From: Desulfobacterales bacterium
Lineage (GTDB): Bacteria > Desulfobacterota > Desulfobacteria > Desulfobacterales > UBA5852
Assembly (NCBI GenBank): GCA_963674755.2
Contig: CAXXVS010000003.1
Location: 1,856,001 to 1,920,000, forward strand
DNA length: 64,000 nt
Direction of reading: 5' to 3'
The position numbers and the translations under genes are program-made. Below, piece after piece: positions 40,435-50,371 of the stretch (positions are counted from its first letter, which is position 1; each line of letters begins with the position of its first letter). Under the pieces are notes generated by a model. That model was not told the DNA's origin and made no database searches. It was given only the letters and a program-made list of their open reading frames with translations.

Positions 40435-40989
40435 TTATTTGCCGCGGTAGCGCAGGGCCAGCTCCAGGAACCCGTCGCGGGTCATGACGTAGGCCTTCTG
40501 CGGACGGTTCCATTGGTCCGTGTAGGAGGTCGCTCCAAAATTGGAGCGACCAAAATCCTCTGTAACATCAAGCCCTTCGATGTCACGAAGGACATGCCCG
40601 TGCTGCTTGCTGAAGGACTCGGCCACGGCCAGGCTGGTGGTGACGGGGGTGTTGTCGGCGTCTAAAACGACGAGCTTCTCCATCCGGTTGAACTCCCGGA
40701 TGAAGCTCTCCCGGAACCGCTTGGCCTTCTTGCCGCGGTAGCGCAGGGCCAGGTCCAGGAACCCGTCGCGGGTCATGATGTAGGCCTTCTTCTGACGGTT
40801 CCATTTATCCGTGTAGGAGATGAGCCCAAATTTGGGCTCACCTATATCCTCTGTAACATCAATAGCTTCGATGTCACGTAGGACATGCGTGTGCCGCTTG
40901 CCGAAGGACTCGGCCACGGCCAGGCTGGTGGTGACGGGGGTGTTGTCGGCGTCTAAGGTGACCAAGGAACATAGGGGATCCTGGGTCAC
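40435..40989 (-). CDS. Rha-family phage regulatory protein with tandem duplicated domain
   Basis: TTSLAVAESF.K.H.HVLRDIE...MTRDGFL occurs twice. Confidence 0.85.
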   Translation of the reverse strand: MTQDPLCSLVTLDADNTPVTTSLAVAESFGKRHTHVLRDIEAIDVTEDIGEPKFGLISYTDKWNRQKKAYIMTRDGFLDLALRYRGKKAKRFRESFIREFNRMEKLVVLDADNTPVTTSLAVAESFSKQHGHVLRDIEGLDVTEDFGRSNFGATSYTDQWNRPQKAYVMTRDGFLELALRYRGK

Positions 40990-41223
40990 GAGGAAGGTTC
41001 TGGGCTGGTTTTGTCGGCACAGATGGATTCATGGACCAACTGCGCGGTTCTTCGTAATCTTATAACCAAAACTGGCCAAATTTTTGACGGGGCAGTACTT
41101 TAGGTTTTCGCGATCTCGGTTGCAGAAATGGCGGAATTGGCATAGCCTCCAGCATCTTTGAGTGCACCCCGCTGACGACTTCCCGATTGGGACCGATCAT
41201 CAAGAATATGGAGGGCAAAGATA

Positions 41224-41571
41224 ATGGCCCAACACACGCGGATTGATCTACAAATCATCAAGAGAAACGGGAAGCCGCTATTCGCGGTGATCCCGTATGA
41301 AGAATACCTCGGCCTCGTTTCTGAATGCGGCCGCGAGGGCGAGGCGCTAATCCCCCACGAAGTCGTGGGAATGGTCATCAAGCATGAAATCGGCCTCGTG
41401 AAGGCTTGGCGTCAGTATCTGGGCCTTAGCCAGCAGCAGGTTGCCGAGCGTGCTGGCCTTAGTCGGTCGACCGTTTCACGAATCGAAAACTCCTACAGCA
41501 CCCCGCAAGGCCGTGTATTGGACAAACTGGCCGCAGCAATGGGGATCTCAGCCAAGCAGTTGATCGATTGA
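41224..41571 (+). CDS. XRE-family HTH protein, HigA-like antitoxin type
   Basis: GKPLFAVIPYEEY, KAWRQYLGLSQQQVAERAG; GGAGG RBS. Confidence 0.8.
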   Translation: MAQHTRIDLQIIKRNGKPLFAVIPYEEYLGLVSECGREGEALIPHEVVGMVIKHEIGLVKAWRQYLGLSQQQVAERAGLSRSTVSRIENSYSTPQGRVLDKLAAAMGISAKQLID

Positions 41572-41667
41572 CCGGCGATAGTGCATACTAGTGCGGGTGC
41601 CCATTTGTTAATCAATCCTCCGCCAGCCTTCCCACTAAATGCTTCTAATTCCGCGATCAAAAAGTGG

Positions 41668-44600
41668 TTATCCAAAAACTACATCAACGGATTTTACCGC
41701 TGGGATTTCGAGTAAATCGCTTTTGAGCTTCTCGCCCACGTCAACCCTCAAATCATCGACAAGGAGGGCAATATTTTGTGAGCAGTTATCCCCACCATTA
41801 TCATCATGTAAAAAAACTTTAACGGCACCCGGGTGTTCTTCAAGTACCTTGATCAGTTCTTCGGCTGAGGATTGCACGAGGCCTTCTTTTTGGTCTATAA
41901 ATACGTGCAAGCTTTGGGCAATGTCTGATACAGCCTCATCTATGGTCTTAACGGTCCTTACCACCATTTGGTTCCTGCCATTGCGATGCTCTACTGCTCC
42001 AGAAAAATACAGCGTTTCGCTGAGACTTAGCTTAGGGCGAAATAAATAATAACTTGGCATGAACATTACGGCCTCGATCGTCCCAAGCGCATCTTCGAGG
42101 GTTATAAAACACATGTTTTTCCCTGTTTTTGTCTTTATGTCTTTAACAGCTTGGACGTTTCCGATAAATCGAACAGTCGCCCTGTCGCGTGCGAGAGCGA
42201 ATTCCTTGCTCCCAGTACACCCCATCGTTTTGATAATCCCCTGAAGCGCGCGATTAGGATGGTCTGATAGATAGAACCCCAAGGCTTCTTTTTCAGCCTG
42301 CATAAAATCAGACACTTTCACGCTGTCATTCGTTTTGCTCAGCTCTGATAAAAGAACTTGCCGTGAAAAACCCGTTGAATCGAAAGCCCCGCTTTTAACA
42401 AGGGATTCGATAACCCGTTTGTTTACAAGTCTACTATCCGTGCGTTTTCTAAAATCAGTTAGTGTCCTAAAAGGAGCGTCCTCCCTCGCCTTTAGGATGT
42501 TCTGCACAGCGGGTTCTCCTACATGTCTGATTGCCGTAAGGCCATAGCGAATTGCGCCGTCATCGATGGAAAACTGTTCACCGCTAAAGTTAACGTCGGG
42601 GGGTAAAACCGGAATTTCGTGGCTGCGACACTCGGCCATGTATTTGACGACGCCGTCGGTGGAATGCATTTCACTGGTCAGCAGGGCGGCCAGAAACTCC
42701 ACCGGGTAGTGGGCTTTCAGGTAAGCCGTCTGATAGGCAATCAGCGCATACGCGGCGCTGTGGGACTTGTTGAACCCGTAGCCGCCGAACTTCTCCATGA
42801 GGTCGAAGATGCGCTTGGCTTTGTCCTCGGGGATCTGGTTCTCCTGGGCTCCGGCCATGAAGGAGTCCCGGTGCTCAGCCATTTTCTCAGCGATTTTCTT
42901 GCCCATGGCCTTGCGCAGGTCGTCGGCCCTATCCATCGAGTAATTGGCCAGTTCGGCCGCGATTTTCATGACCTGTTCCTGATAGAGAATGACCCCATAG
43001 GTCTCCTTCAGGATCGGTTCCAGTTGTGGAACGCTGTAGACCACCGGCTTGCGACCGCGCTTGCACTCCACGAAATCGTCCACCATGCCGCTGTCCAAGG
43101 GACCCGGCCGGTAAAGAGCCAAAAGCGCCGTGATATCCTCGAATGAGGCCGGCTTCAGGCGCACCACCAGCTCCTTCATGCCCGTGCTTTCCAATTGGAA
43201 TACCCCCGTGGTGTCGCCGTTGCACAGGAGGTTGTAGGTCTCCCGGTCGTCGAGATCGAGGTCGGCCATGTCCGGTATGGGCTTGCCCTGGTCAGCCAGC
43301 AGCGAGAGGGTCTTGGCAATTACCGTTAGGTTGCGCAGCCCCAGGAAGTCAAACTTCACGAGCCCCGTCTTCTCGACATGCTTCATGTCGAACTGGGTAA
43401 CGACTTCCCCCTTTTTCCCCCGGTATAATGGAAGGTACTCAGTCAGCGGCTTGTCGCCAATGACGGCCCCGGCGGCATGGGTGGAAGCATGCCGCGGCAG
43501 TCCCTCCAGAACCCGACAAATTTGAAGCAACTCTTTGATTTCCGGACGGGTGGCGGCCAGTTCGTTGAACTTGGGCTCATGGAGAATCGCGTCGTCCAGG
43601 CTGATGTTGAGGACATCCGGCACCATCTTGGCGATGGCGTCAACCTCCCGCAAGGAAATCCCTAAAGCACGTCCCACATCGCGAATGACCGCACGGGCTT
43701 TAAGATTACCAAAGGTGATGATCTGGGCGACGTAGTCGCCGCCGCCGTACTTATCCACGACATACTTGTAGACCTGGTCGCGGCCGTTGATGCAGAAGTC
43801 CACGTCGATATCCGGCATGCTGATGCGGGCCGGATTGAGAAACCGTTCGAAGATCAACCCGTGCTCAATGGGGTCCAGATCGGTGATGCCCATGGCATAA
43901 GCCACCATACTGCCTGCGGCCGAGCCGCGCCCGGGTCCCACCGGGATGCCGTTGTCCTTGGCGTAGCGGATGAAGTCGGCCACGATCAGGAAATAGCCGG
44001 AAAACCCCATTTCCTTTATAACTGATATCTCGTAGTCCAGCCGCTCGTTGTAGACGGATTGATCGAGGTCCGCCTGTTTTTCGAGGATCTTGGCCATGCG
44101 GCCGCGAAACCCCTCGCGCACCGTGTGCTCGAAGAGGTCCTCGGGGGGAATGTCTTCAGGGGCCTGGAATTTGGGAAAGTGGTAGGAAAAATCGAATTCG
44201 TAGGCGCAGCGCCGGGCGATATCGAGTGTGTTGGAGACGGCGCCGGGATAATCGGCGAAGGAAGCCGCCATCTCCTCGGGCGACTTGAAATAGAGCTGGT
44301 CCGTGCTGAAGCGAAAGCGGTTGGTCTCGTTGACGGTTTTGCCGGTCTGGATGCACAGCAGGACGTCGTGGGCGCGCACGTCCTCTTTATGGAGGTAGTG
44401 GCAGTCGTTGCTGGCCACCAGCGGAATGGAAAGCCGCTGACTCATGTCCCACAACGTCCGGTTGACCGTCTCCTGGATGTCGATGCCATTGTTTTGGACC
44501 TCGAGGTAGAAGCGGTTCTCTCCGAACAGTGCCTGGTACCAGCGCGCCGCCGCATCGGCCTGGTCAATGTGGCCGTTTTTGATGTGCATGGGAATTTCCC

Positions 44601-45033
44601 CGCGCAGACAGGCGGAAAGCGCGATAAGCCCCTCGTGATGGGCTTCCAGAAGCTGCTTGTCAATGCGTGGGCGATAATAGAACCCCTCCATCTGGGCGAT
44701 TGAAACCAGGCGGCAGAGATTGCGATAACCTTCCTGGTTTTCGGCGATCAGAACGAGGTGCGTCAGCCCCTTGGCGTCCTCGGGGGTCTTGTCGTTGATC
44801 GTGCGCGGGGCCACATAGACCTCGCAACCGAGGACGGGACGCAATCCCGCTTTTTTAGCCTTGGTGTATAACGTCATTACCCCGAACATGGTGCCGTGAT
44901 CCGTAATCGAAACGGCCTCCATTCCAAAAGCCTGCGCTTGGGCGATTAGCGGATCAATCCCGATCGCGCCGTCGAGCAGGCTGTACTGGGTGTGGACGTG
45001 GAGGTGGACGAAACTGCTTCTGATACCGGGCAT
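41668..45033 (-). CDS. dnaE: DNA polymerase III alpha subunit (island-borne copy)
   Basis: PHP motifs HLHVH/TDHG/NDCHY; GRGSAAGS; PDIDVDF; KFDFLGL; YGFNKSH; OB fold. Confidence 0.95.
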   Translation of the reverse strand: MPGIRSSFVHLHVHTQYSLLDGAIGIDPLIAQAQAFGMEAVSITDHGTMFGVMTLYTKAKKAGLRPVLGCEVYVAPRTINDKTPEDAKGLTHLVLIAENQEGYRNLCRLVSIAQMEGFYYRPRIDKQLLEAHHEGLIALSACLRGEIPMHIKNGHIDQADAAARWYQALFGENRFYLEVQNNGIDIQETVNRTLWDMSQRLSIPLVASNDCHYLHKEDVRAHDVLLCIQTGKTVNETNRFRFSTDQLYFKSPEEMAASFADYPGAVSNTLDIARRCAYEFDFSYHFPKFQAPEDIPPEDLFEHTVREGFRGRMAKILEKQADLDQSVYNERLDYEISVIKEMGFSGYFLIVADFIRYAKDNGIPVGPGRGSAAGSMVAYAMGITDLDPIEHGLIFERFLNPARISMPDIDVDFCINGRDQVYKYVVDKYGGGDYVAQIITFGNLKARAVIRDVGRALGISLREVDAIAKMVPDVLNISLDDAILHEPKFNELAATRPEIKELLQICRVLEGLPRHASTHAAGAVIGDKPLTEYLPLYRGKKGEVVTQFDMKHVEKTGLVKFDFLGLRNLTVIAKTLSLLADQGKPIPDMADLDLDDRETYNLLCNGDTTGVFQLESTGMKELVVRLKPASFEDITALLALYRPGPLDSGMVDDFVECKRGRKPVVYSVPQLEPILKETYGVILYQEQVMKIAAELANYSMDRADDLRKAMGKKIAEKMAEHRDSFMAGAQENQIPEDKAKRIFDLMEKFGGYGFNKSHSAAYALIAYQTAYLKAHYPVEFLAALLTSEMHSTDGVVKYMAECRSHEIPVLPPDVNFSGEQFSIDDGAIRYGLTAIRHVGEPAVQNILKAREDAPFRTLTDFRKRTDSRLVNKRVIESLVKSGAFDSTGFSRQVLLSELSKTNDSVKVSDFMQAEKEALGFYLSDHPNRALQGIIKTMGCTGSKEFALARDRATVRFIGNVQAVKDIKTKTGKNMCFITLEDALGTIEAVMFMPSYYLFRPKLSLSETLYFSGAVEHRNGRNQMVVRTVKTIDEAVSDIAQSLHVFIDQKEGLVQSSAEELIKVLEEHPGAVKVFLHDDNGGDNCSQNIALLVDDLRVDVGEKLKSDLLEIPAVKSVDVVFG

Positions 45034-45100
45034 GTCGGCTCCTTTTCCAAAGTAGGTGTATTAGCGCGGTTCTTCATACTATATTGTGGAACCTAAGCAA

Positions 45101-45149
45101 CCGTTTTTTAAGGCGAAAAAATTTTTTCGCCATTCACTTAAAAAATCGG
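45101..45149. promoter_or_regulatory. Palindromic operator-like site in the divergent dnaE/primase intergenic region
   Basis: Perfect 20-bp palindrome GGCGAAAAAATTTTTTCGCC (45112-45131) nested in CCGTTTTTTAAG...CTTAAAAAATCGG. Confidence 0.6.
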
Positions 45150-45235
45150 CCCTCCCAATCCATCTATTCAATAGGTGTACTTAAATAAATACCTTTTTGA
45201 ATCGCGACCCAGCGAGGTCGGGAAAGGGAGGACAA

Positions 45236-45478
45236 ATGCTCAAGCGTATCGTTAGTCTCGGCAAAGAAAACAAGGTCAGGCAGGAAAAAGTAGTCTCGGT
45301 AACTGAACTTGCGTTGGCGGTGTCCCGGACGCTGAAAGACGTGCACTACACCAAGGAGAGGGTGCTTGTGACCAACCGGGGCAAAATCTTCGTGGCCATC
45401 GTGCCAGTGTCCGACGATGAAGCCCGGCGTACGATCGTTGTCCCGCAGAATCCGGGGGAGGAAGTTGATAGTGAGTAA
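45236..45478 (+). CDS. Phd/YefM-like DNA-binding protein
   Basis: VSVTEL...L..V....ERVLVTNRGK..VAIVPV pattern. Confidence 0.65.
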   Translation: MLKRIVSLGKENKVRQEKVVSVTELALAVSRTLKDVHYTKERVLVTNRGKIFVAIVPVSDDEARRTIVVPQNPGEEVDSE

Positions 45479-48008
45479 CAACTACCTCACCGAGAAATGC
45501 CTCGAACTCCTGCAAAGCAGCGAGTTCTGGGGGGCAACTACCTATACGAACGACCGCTACGTTGGCAACGTAATTTGTCCGGTGTGCAGGGAACCTGAAG
45601 CCTTTCTATACCTCGATAACCTAGGGGTGCTTGCCTGCAATCGCAAAAATAAGTGCGGGGCGGTTACAGCCATCAAGGAGCTTTTCCCCAACCTATATGC
45701 TGGGATCGAGGAAGAAAACCCCCCGACCGAGGATGATCCAAAGCGTCCAGCTATGGCCTACCTGGAATCACGGGGATTCCACAAAGCCCTTGAGGGCCTC
45801 TCCTACGAATACCGACAGAACGTTCGCGGCACCGGAAAGGGTGCGGTCATGATCCCCGTCGAGGCTGTGGGGGAAGACACCGTTTATAACGGGCGCATTT
45901 TCGATCCGCCGAAGAACGAGGGCAAGACCCACAACATCGGGTCTACATCAGGCAAAATCTGGCGTCACCCCGGAATCGCCTACGATCCAAACCGGGAAAC
46001 CATCATCACGGAGGGCATCTTCGACGCATTGTCATTGGTCGAGATGGGTTTTCAGGCCATCGCCGTTTTGTCAGCCGGTGTCGATCCGAATAAGCTTGAC
46101 TTAACATGGATAAGAAGACCCGTGCTGGCGTTCGATAACGACAAGGCGGGTATAAAGGCGCTTAAACGGTTCGCCGACTATTTCGAAGGCAAGGATCCCA
46201 ACGGCGGGCGGCCGGCCGCCATTTTGTGCCCGCGGGGGGATTGGAATGACTTCCTGCTCGCGGGTCCGGTGGGTGAGGCGATAGATCGCTTCGAAAAACA
46301 ACGCCCCGCCATGGAGGCCCATGCTGCCCTGGCTCTGGCCAAGACCGCCCAAGAATACGCCCAAATTTATTACAACGAGTTTAGGCGTTCGGGATTCTTT
46401 CCCTTTAATGGGAACTATTACTATTCCACCGTTAAAGAGAGTAAACAAGGTACCGAGGTCAAGACCAAGCACGTCGCTGACTTCACAATCGAAGTCCACC
46501 ACTTCAAGGTAAACGACTCTGACTCCGACGATACCTTTACCTACCACCTTCAGGTTACCAAGTGTAACGGGGAGACGCGGCACATTACTGTAACCGCTAA
46601 AGAGCTGAGTACACCATATGCCATGAAGGCGATGTTCCTGGGGCGTGCAAAAGCGCATTGGAAGGGCGATACCGCTGCGACCGAGGCGCTCATAGACCTT
46701 ATTGTAAGCGCAAAAGCCAAGGAAGTTCGGCAGCTTGAATTTACCGGATATGATCGCGAATCCGGCTGCTATGTGTATCCGACGCATATGGTTGCCACCA
46801 ACGGAGAATTGGTCCTGCCAAATAAGAAAGGGTTCTTCGACGTTGCAGGCAACAAGAGTGTACATCCGGCCCCATACAACTTTGCAATTTTACCGTCCAA
46901 CGGTGTGCAGGTGAGCAGGCTATACGAGTTGATGTTGGCGGCCTGGGGTTCTAAGGCCGCACTGGCGATCGCATGGGTCGTGGCAAGCTGGTTCGTAAAC
47001 CAGATCAAGAAGGAGATAGGTTTTTTCCCTTTTCTGTCGCTCTACGGTGACTCCCAGACGGGTAAATCCAACATGGTGAGGATCCTGAATGCGTTTCAGT
47101 GCATGGACGAAGAAGGCATGCCAATGTCGAAAACGAATACGGCAAAAGGCGAGCTCCGGAAGATCGCCCAGCGCTCAGGTAATTTCATTGCCATGCTGGA
47201 GTGGCCTCAGGATCCCAAAATGGCGCGTTTCGACATCGAGAAAATCCTGACGATGTTCAACAATAGCCCGCTGCAAGTTCGTGCTTTGAAGACAGCGGAC
47301 ATCCGCACTCACGAAATCCCGTTCTACGGGGCCTTAATGTTCGTCCAGAACGTAGAACCGCTTAAAACTAAGCCCCAGAAGGAGCGTGTTATCTCCTGCG
47401 CGTTCAAGGCCGATGATCTCGATGAAAATACCCGACGGGCCTTCATGACATTGGAAAAGATCTCGCTTAATGACAAGGCAAGCTTTTTTCGCGAGGTCAT
47501 GTCGCACCGGCAGACCATCGAATCCGAGTGGCATACGGCATATGGAAGGGCTCAAGAAGAGCTTCAGGACCTGGACATCAGCTCACGGATCCGTGAAACC
47601 CATGGCCTGATCCTGGGCTTTCACTACCTGCTTTGCACGTTTTTTGGGTTCGACGTCGATCTTATGCCGTATCTAACTGAAATTATGCGGAAAAAAGAAC
47701 TTGCGTGTGCAACCGAGCCTGAAACTGTCGCGGATCACTTCCTCGGCATCCTTCTCTCCTTGCCAGAGCCGGACTCCAACAAGGATTTTATACATATTGC
47801 CGGCAACGAGCTCTGGGTTCAGAAGGCGAATGCGGAGAAGGCGATACGGGAGCAGGGATACACCTTGAACGCGTCCGAGATGGCGCTCGCCACCGCCCTT
47901 AGCAATCACCCCGCGTTTATTCGGCGAAATACACACCGGTTTAACGGCACACCGATGAATGGTCACCTCTTCGACTACCGTAAACTGCGGGAGGCCTACG
48001 CTTCCTAA
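45471..48008 (+). CDS. Primase-helicase (Zn finger, TOPRIM, P-loop NTPase)
   Basis: CPVC...CNRKNKC; ITEGIFDALS; FDNDKAG; DWND; GDSQTGKS; GTG start overlapping the upstream gene. Confidence 0.88.
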   Translation: MSNNYLTEKCLELLQSSEFWGATTYTNDRYVGNVICPVCREPEAFLYLDNLGVLACNRKNKCGAVTAIKELFPNLYAGIEEENPPTEDDPKRPAMAYLESRGFHKALEGLSYEYRQNVRGTGKGAVMIPVEAVGEDTVYNGRIFDPPKNEGKTHNIGSTSGKIWRHPGIAYDPNRETIITEGIFDALSLVEMGFQAIAVLSAGVDPNKLDLTWIRRPVLAFDNDKAGIKALKRFADYFEGKDPNGGRPAAILCPRGDWNDFLLAGPVGEAIDRFEKQRPAMEAHAALALAKTAQEYAQIYYNEFRRSGFFPFNGNYYYSTVKESKQGTEVKTKHVADFTIEVHHFKVNDSDSDDTFTYHLQVTKCNGETRHITVTAKELSTPYAMKAMFLGRAKAHWKGDTAATEALIDLIVSAKAKEVRQLEFTGYDRESGCYVYPTHMVATNGELVLPNKKGFFDVAGNKSVHPAPYNFAILPSNGVQVSRLYELMLAAWGSKAALAIAWVVASWFVNQIKKEIGFFPFLSLYGDSQTGKSNMVRILNAFQCMDEEGMPMSKTNTAKGELRKIAQRSGNFIAMLEWPQDPKMARFDIEKILTMFNNSPLQVRALKTADIRTHEIPFYGALMFVQNVEPLKTKPQKERVISCAFKADDLDENTRRAFMTLEKISLNDKASFFREVMSHRQTIESEWHTAYGRAQEELQDLDISSRIRETHGLILGFHYLLCTFFGFDVDLMPYLTEIMRKKELACATEPETVADHFLGILLSLPEPDSNKDFIHIAGNELWVQKANAEKAIREQGYTLNASEMALATALSNHPAFIRRNTHRFNGTPMNGHLFDYRKLREAYAS

Positions 48009-48016
48009 ACGGCGGA

Positions 48017-48301
48017 GGTTACGGATATTACACCGTGTTACTACAGGATTACATAAAAATAATAATAATTTTAGTATCTTATAATATATGTAATCTTGTA
48101 ACAAAAAAAATATAGGAGGACCCAATGGCAATCAATATGCGTGAACCGCGCGTCGAATCAGACGTGCCCATACAAAGTGCAGATAGGTATAAAAATCGAA
48201 TTACATCGGTTACACAGGTTACAGAATATCTAAGGTACATAAATAAAAAGGAAAATTATGTAATCTCAGGCGTTGGCCGTAAGGTTACCCCGAGCTTACA
48301 C
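48017..48301. repeat. Putative replication origin: (G/A)TTAC iterons around AT-rich cores
   Basis: Clustered GTTAC/ATTAC copies with inverted GTAAT/GTAAC copies directly after the primase stop. Confidence 0.65.
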
Positions 48302-48676
48302 ACCGTCTCGACCCTCGGTGTCGTAGCCCCGGCCGAGGAGTACCTGTTATGTATGGGGGTGCATTGTCCATCTTTGGTTCCGGGAAATGCGCCCTCATGT
48401 AAGGAGACAGGGCTGACCGTATACCAGATATTCGAGGTCAACGGAGGGTGTCCACATGGACAATGGCGCCGCTACAAATCGACATCGACCGAAGCCCAAT
48501 TGCCAAGCACCTGCAATGTCTGCGGAGGTAGAGACTGGTGGCAACCGAAAATCAGTAACACACGAATTTGCGCCCGGTGCCATCCACCGGTCGTTCCGGA
48601 GAGCCAACTGCTCAGAGCGAGTGTTGAAGCCGTCACCCTGTCACTTAATAACCAAGGAGATCAAGACGATGAATAA
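48125..48676 (+). CDS. Hypothetical Cys-rich protein overlapping the putative ori
   Basis: GGAGG RBS; CNVCGGRDWW...CARCHPP. Confidence 0.45.
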   Translation: MAINMREPRVESDVPIQSADRYKNRITSVTQVTEYLRYINKKENYVISGVGRKVTPSLHTVSTLGVVAPAEEYLLCMGVHCPSLVPGNAPSCKETGLTVYQIFEVNGGCPHGQWRRYKSTSTEAQLPSTCNVCGGRDWWQPKISNTRICARCHPPVVPESQLLRASVEAVTLSLNNQGDQDDE

Positions 48677-49220
48677 CAACAATTTCCCAGTTTCTTTAGA
48701 GACGCCACATGTGCCTCGATTTGAGGCCCAGAACGGGGAGATCACCCCGGATACAGGCGGCACCGACGACCTTGAAACGTTTTACCAAGCTGCCATGCTG
48801 ATCACCGGCACGCGCAACAAGGAACTGGCGATCACCCTGTTGAACCAGGTGGCTATGTCTCAGGGAGAGCTTACGGCCTCCTCCTTACCAAAAATCAATG
48901 GTGCATTAGCAGCGGTGGCAGAGTTCGCGCCTAGGGATGTTACAGAGACGCTGCTGGTGTCCCAGATGGTCGCTTCTCACAACTTGAGTATGAAATTCAT
49001 GTCCCGTGCGGCCAAGGTCTCCAGCGTCGATCTGCAGAAGAGCTATCTTAACAGCGCCTCGAAGCTGTCCCGGCTGTTTGTCTCACAGGTCGAAACGCTT
49101 CGTCGGTATCGCCAGAAAGGTAGTCAAAAAATGACCGTAGAGCACGTTCACGTCCATGAAGGCGGCCAAGCCATAGTAGGCAGTGTGACCCAAGAAAAAA
49201 AGGGGGGGGCGGGTGAATGA
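48669..49220 (+). CDS. Conserved hypothetical protein of satellite-like elements
   Basis: PRDVTETLLVSQMVASH...QKMTVEHVHVHEGGQAIVG; coupled to the HGGxSTG gene. Confidence 0.75.
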   Translation: MNNNNFPVSLETPHVPRFEAQNGEITPDTGGTDDLETFYQAAMLITGTRNKELAITLLNQVAMSQGELTASSLPKINGALAAVAEFAPRDVTETLLVSQMVASHNLSMKFMSRAAKVSSVDLQKSYLNSASKLSRLFVSQVETLRRYRQKGSQKMTVEHVHVHEGGQAIVGSVTQEKKGGAGE

Positions 49221-49492
49221 AAAAGCACGAGGAACAACCCCATGCACGCATCTGCGGCGCCATGACCCGCAGCGGCTCCCCTTGCAAGAACCGATCGGTC
49301 ACTGGGAGGCGCCGCTGCCGCATGCACGGCGGTGCACCGGGATCGGGTGCTCCACTGGGCAATTCGAACGCTTTAAGACACGGCTTCTACACGGAGGAGG
49401 CCAAGGCCGAACGACGTGAAGTCCGGCGCCTGATTGAGGACAGCGAAGCCCTGCTCAAGAGCTTGACGGAAGCAGTTAACCGCAGAAGGTAG
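49217..49492 (+). CDS. HGGxSTG-motif protein (terminase small subunit N-terminus-like)
   Basis: CGAMTRSGSPC...RCRMHGG...GNSNALRHGFY. Confidence 0.8.
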   Translation: MKKHEEQPHARICGAMTRSGSPCKNRSVTGRRRCRMHGGAPGSGAPLGNSNALRHGFYTEEAKAERREVRRLIEDSEALLKSLTEAVNRRR

Positions 49493-49846
49493 AGCCCACC
49501 ACGGCCAAGCGCGCGACAATCGATGCCACACCCCACCCATCAATCCATCCATACCGCGCGCCAACATTCAGCATAGTCGGGAATCAGCATAGCGTGGTCG
49601 ACTTTTCCGCGTGCGTGACGCGCAGGTCGTCCTATCGGCTTTTGCTGTCTTAAACAAATCGCAATTTTTTTTATCGGTTTACTTAACTTTTCCCCCCGTT
49701 TTTCCATTATTTGGTCAACCTCCCGGAACAGGAGAATCTCGGTGCGATCAAGGCGCCACACCGGGATTCGACGACCGGGGTAACTTTCGCTCCGGAGGCA
49801 CATCCAGGAGCTCAAAGACAAGCCCTTGAAGGGCATGGAGAACACT

Positions 49847-50149
49847 ATGCTTAACACAGAGCAAATTGACCGGGAACTGATGGAGATGGCGAGATCATCG
49901 GATTATTCTCTTCTTTGGGATGACCTTTTAACGGAAGGAAAGCCGGACATGAAGGCTTGGCTTCAACGGATAGCGCTCTATATCGCCCAAAACAACGACG
50001 AGATAACGTTGCACCAGTTCGTTGAAATAGTCGCCATGGCCCGTACGGGCATTCTGCAGGAGATCATGAGCCGGGCCAGCCTTTCCGACGTTTTTGAAAA
50101 CGCCATTGCGGCGCACTATCAGAGCCGAACAGCCGCTGAGGTGGGCTAA
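49847..50149 (+). CDS. Hypothetical protein
   Basis: GGAG RBS; co-oriented with island core genes. Confidence 0.5.
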   Translation: MLNTEQIDRELMEMARSSDYSLLWDDLLTEGKPDMKAWLQRIALYIAQNNDEITLHQFVEIVAMARTGILQEIMSRASLSDVFENAIAAHYQSRTAAEVG

Positions 50150-50371
50150 CTCAATCGCCATGTTACCCTCCGCCTATTCTCAGCACAAACCGAGTCCCTG
50201 TCTCCAACGCATCAATCGATCAAATTATCCATCCGGACAGGGGCTCGGCCACACCAAAAAAAACCGCGAAAGTCGCCCGGCTGGTTGGCGCCGGGTGGAC
50301 ATCGCGGCACGGATGGAGTCGATGCGGATATGACGTTGGATGTTACCAGACCTGAGAGAAGCGAAGTCGTT

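Noticed and set aside
41668..45033. DnaE2/ImuC mutasome
   Set aside because: No imuA/imuB neighbours; PHP and core motifs look DnaE1-like
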